NCBI GenBank assembly: GCA_041741775.1
Contig: JBGSJQ010000095.1
Location: 4,154-68,153, forward strand
Length of the DNA: 64,000 nucleotides
Direction: 5' to 3'
DNA from: Terrimicrobiaceae bacterium
Lineage (GTDB): Bacteria > Verrucomicrobiota > Verrucomicrobiia > Chthoniobacterales > Terrimicrobiaceae
The notes under the pieces were generated by a model. That model ran no database searches, was not told where the DNA came from, and saw only the letters and a list, made by a program, of their open reading frames with translations. Each line of letters begins with the position of its first letter. Position 1 is the stretch's first letter. Position numbers and translations under genes: made by a program. Positions 62,859 through 64,000 of the stretch are shown in pieces.

Positions 62859-63887
62859 TTAGCGGCTTGCTGCCTCGTAATCCAGGATCGAGGCCATCAC
62901 CTCATCATTGGATAGCTTCAATTCGATCACCCGTTTTCTGGCGAGCGCAGCCATCTGAGCACATTCGGCCGGATTTTTTAGAAGGCTGCTGCACGCTTTT
63001 GCGCATTCTACCGGTGAATCCCAAAAAACAGCTTCGACACCTTCGCGATACATTTCCATGTGCTCGGAGGTTCTCTCGGCACAAAATGCGGCCGACCCAA
63101 TGAAGGGAACTTCGACTGAGCGCTGCGTGTGCAGGTCGCGGTTGCCCTTTGAGAGCAGGCCGATCGCAATGCGTGTGGATTCGATGGCTTCGACGTAGGC
63201 CCGCCCGTAAACCGAGCCCCCCAGCCAGTGTCTTTTCAATACCGGCCACTCGGGCGAACGTGGCCACCCGTCGCCAATAATTCCGAGCGATAACCCGCAA
63301 CGTAAAACTTCCGTTGCAAACGGCCCGCGTTCGCGCATCCAGCTTCCCACAAAAAGCACGTCATGTTTTTTCACCGGAGCAGCACCCGGCGTCGGAGCGT
63401 GCGCAACAGGATCGTAGGAAAAAGAGACGCGCAGGACATCCTTCGCTCCTGCGGTGCGGGCCTGGCTGACATTTTCCAAGCGGGGAACAACCGTCAGATC
63501 ATGAAAAGGCAGGCTTTGGCGGTAGAGATCCCATTTCCGGTAATCCCTATTTTGAAACGGGTTGTCGGTCATGTAGTTGACCACCGGCGATCCTTTTTGT
63601 CTCAGCCAACGGTAGAACGAAGGCGAAAGCTCGGCTCCGCAATCGACCCAAGCCAAATCCCAATGCTTATCCAGAAGCCGCGATTGCAAGCGCGACGCGA
63701 CGACGGGGGCAACCAACCGGTATCCTGTGCGAACATTGAACGAAGCAAAAAAAGGGATCTCCTCCTGCCCGGGAACAAGGCCGCCGGGATTCCATGCCGA
63801 AACCTCATGTCCCAACCTCCTTAGCGCATCGGCCCGATGAGCCGAGGTGCTCTGAGGGTTTGTGTCTCCGAGATAAAGAATCTTCAT
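62859..63887 (-). CDS. Glycosyltransferase (CgeB/Glyco_trans_1_2-like)
   Basis: MKILYLGDTNP...ALRRLGHEV and a C-terminal FCAERTSEHMEMYREGVEAVFWDS pattern. Confidence 0.65.
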   Translation of the reverse strand: MKILYLGDTNPQSTSAHRADALRRLGHEVSAWNPGGLVPGQEEIPFFASFNVRTGYRLVAPVVASRLQSRLLDKHWDLAWVDCGAELSPSFYRWLRQKGSPVVNYMTDNPFQNRDYRKWDLYRQSLPFHDLTVVPRLENVSQARTAGAKDVLRVSFSYDPVAHAPTPGAAPVKKHDVLFVGSWMRERGPFATEVLRCGLSLGIIGDGWPRSPEWPVLKRHWLGGSVYGRAYVEAIESTRIAIGLLSKGNRDLHTQRSVEVPFIGSAAFCAERTSEHMEMYREGVEAVFWDSPVECAKACSSLLKNPAECAQMAALARKRVIELKLSNDEVMASILDYEAASR

Positions 63888-64000
63888 TGGCAGGCGGAAA
63901 GGATGGCTTCTCTCAGGCCGGATGCCGCAGAGTCGAGCGAGTAGCGCACGGCGCAGGCCCGGCCGGCTTCCCAGTAGCGTGCTCTGCCTCCCGGCAACTC
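63884..64000 (-). CDS. Partial CDS (C-terminal 38 codons, start outside the window), unknown product
   Basis: The minus-strand frame is open from the right edge to TGA at 63884-63886, which overlaps the next ATG as ATGA (...ELPGGRARYWEAGRACAVRYSLDSAASGLREAILSACQ). Confidence 0.35.
   Translation of the reverse strand, partial: ELPGGRARYWEAGRACAVRYSLDSAASGLREAILSACQ

Noticed and set aside
1-64000. Search for tRNA/rRNA genes, CRISPR arrays, transposases, integrases, prophage or toxin-antitoxin/defence genes
   Set aside because: I saw no regularly spaced direct repeats with spacers, no tRNA-like T-loop or acceptor patterns, and no recombinase, transposase or nuclease motifs in any ORF. This was a visual scan only, so small ncRNAs could have been missed.

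Overview
High-GC (~60%) bacterial chromosomal window. Many prepilin-type (G/A)F(T/S)L(I/V)E N-termini, one with the C-terminal H-X9-DG motif, point to the PVC superphylum, probably Verrucomicrobiota (inference). No rRNA, tRNA, CRISPR array, transposase or integrase was recognised. Layout: (i) 1-5.1 kb, minus-strand run of a bifunctional fucokinase/GDP-fucose pyrophosphorylase (fkp), three pseudopilin genes and a partial GspE-N-like gene. (ii) 5.1-10.7 kb, housekeeping genes (leuA, pyrF, ispE, folE2, an SDR), a 305-bp non-coding gap with repeated TTGTTCACA boxes, and two parS-type palindromes just after the SDR gene. (iii) 10.8-64 kb, an almost uninterrupted minus-strand glycan-biosynthesis island. 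It holds about 20 glycosyltransferases (GT2, GT4, GT9, a GT-C-like DUF2142 protein, a PglC-type initiating transferase), a Wzx-like flippase, a CapD/WbpM-type dehydratase, an epimerase, gmd, several methyltransferases, an acetyltransferase, an SGNH protein and a carbamoyltransferase/DUF5989/SxtJ triad. Many genes are joined by 4-nt ATGA start/stop overlaps. A non-canonical module sits inside the island at 28.4-37.2 kb: an EamA transporter, an orphan pair of radical-SAM enzymes (HydE/BioB-like and extended HemN-like), a 70-aa protein, two Gly/Pro-rich lipoproteins (one built from 42-bp tandem repeats), two divergent paralogous signal-peptide-bearing class I methyltransferases, and a Gly/Pro-rich membrane-anchored protein overlapping an H-X9-DG pseudopilin. 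This is my best candidate for an undescribed system. All product calls come from motifs read by eye in the supplied translations. No database search was run.
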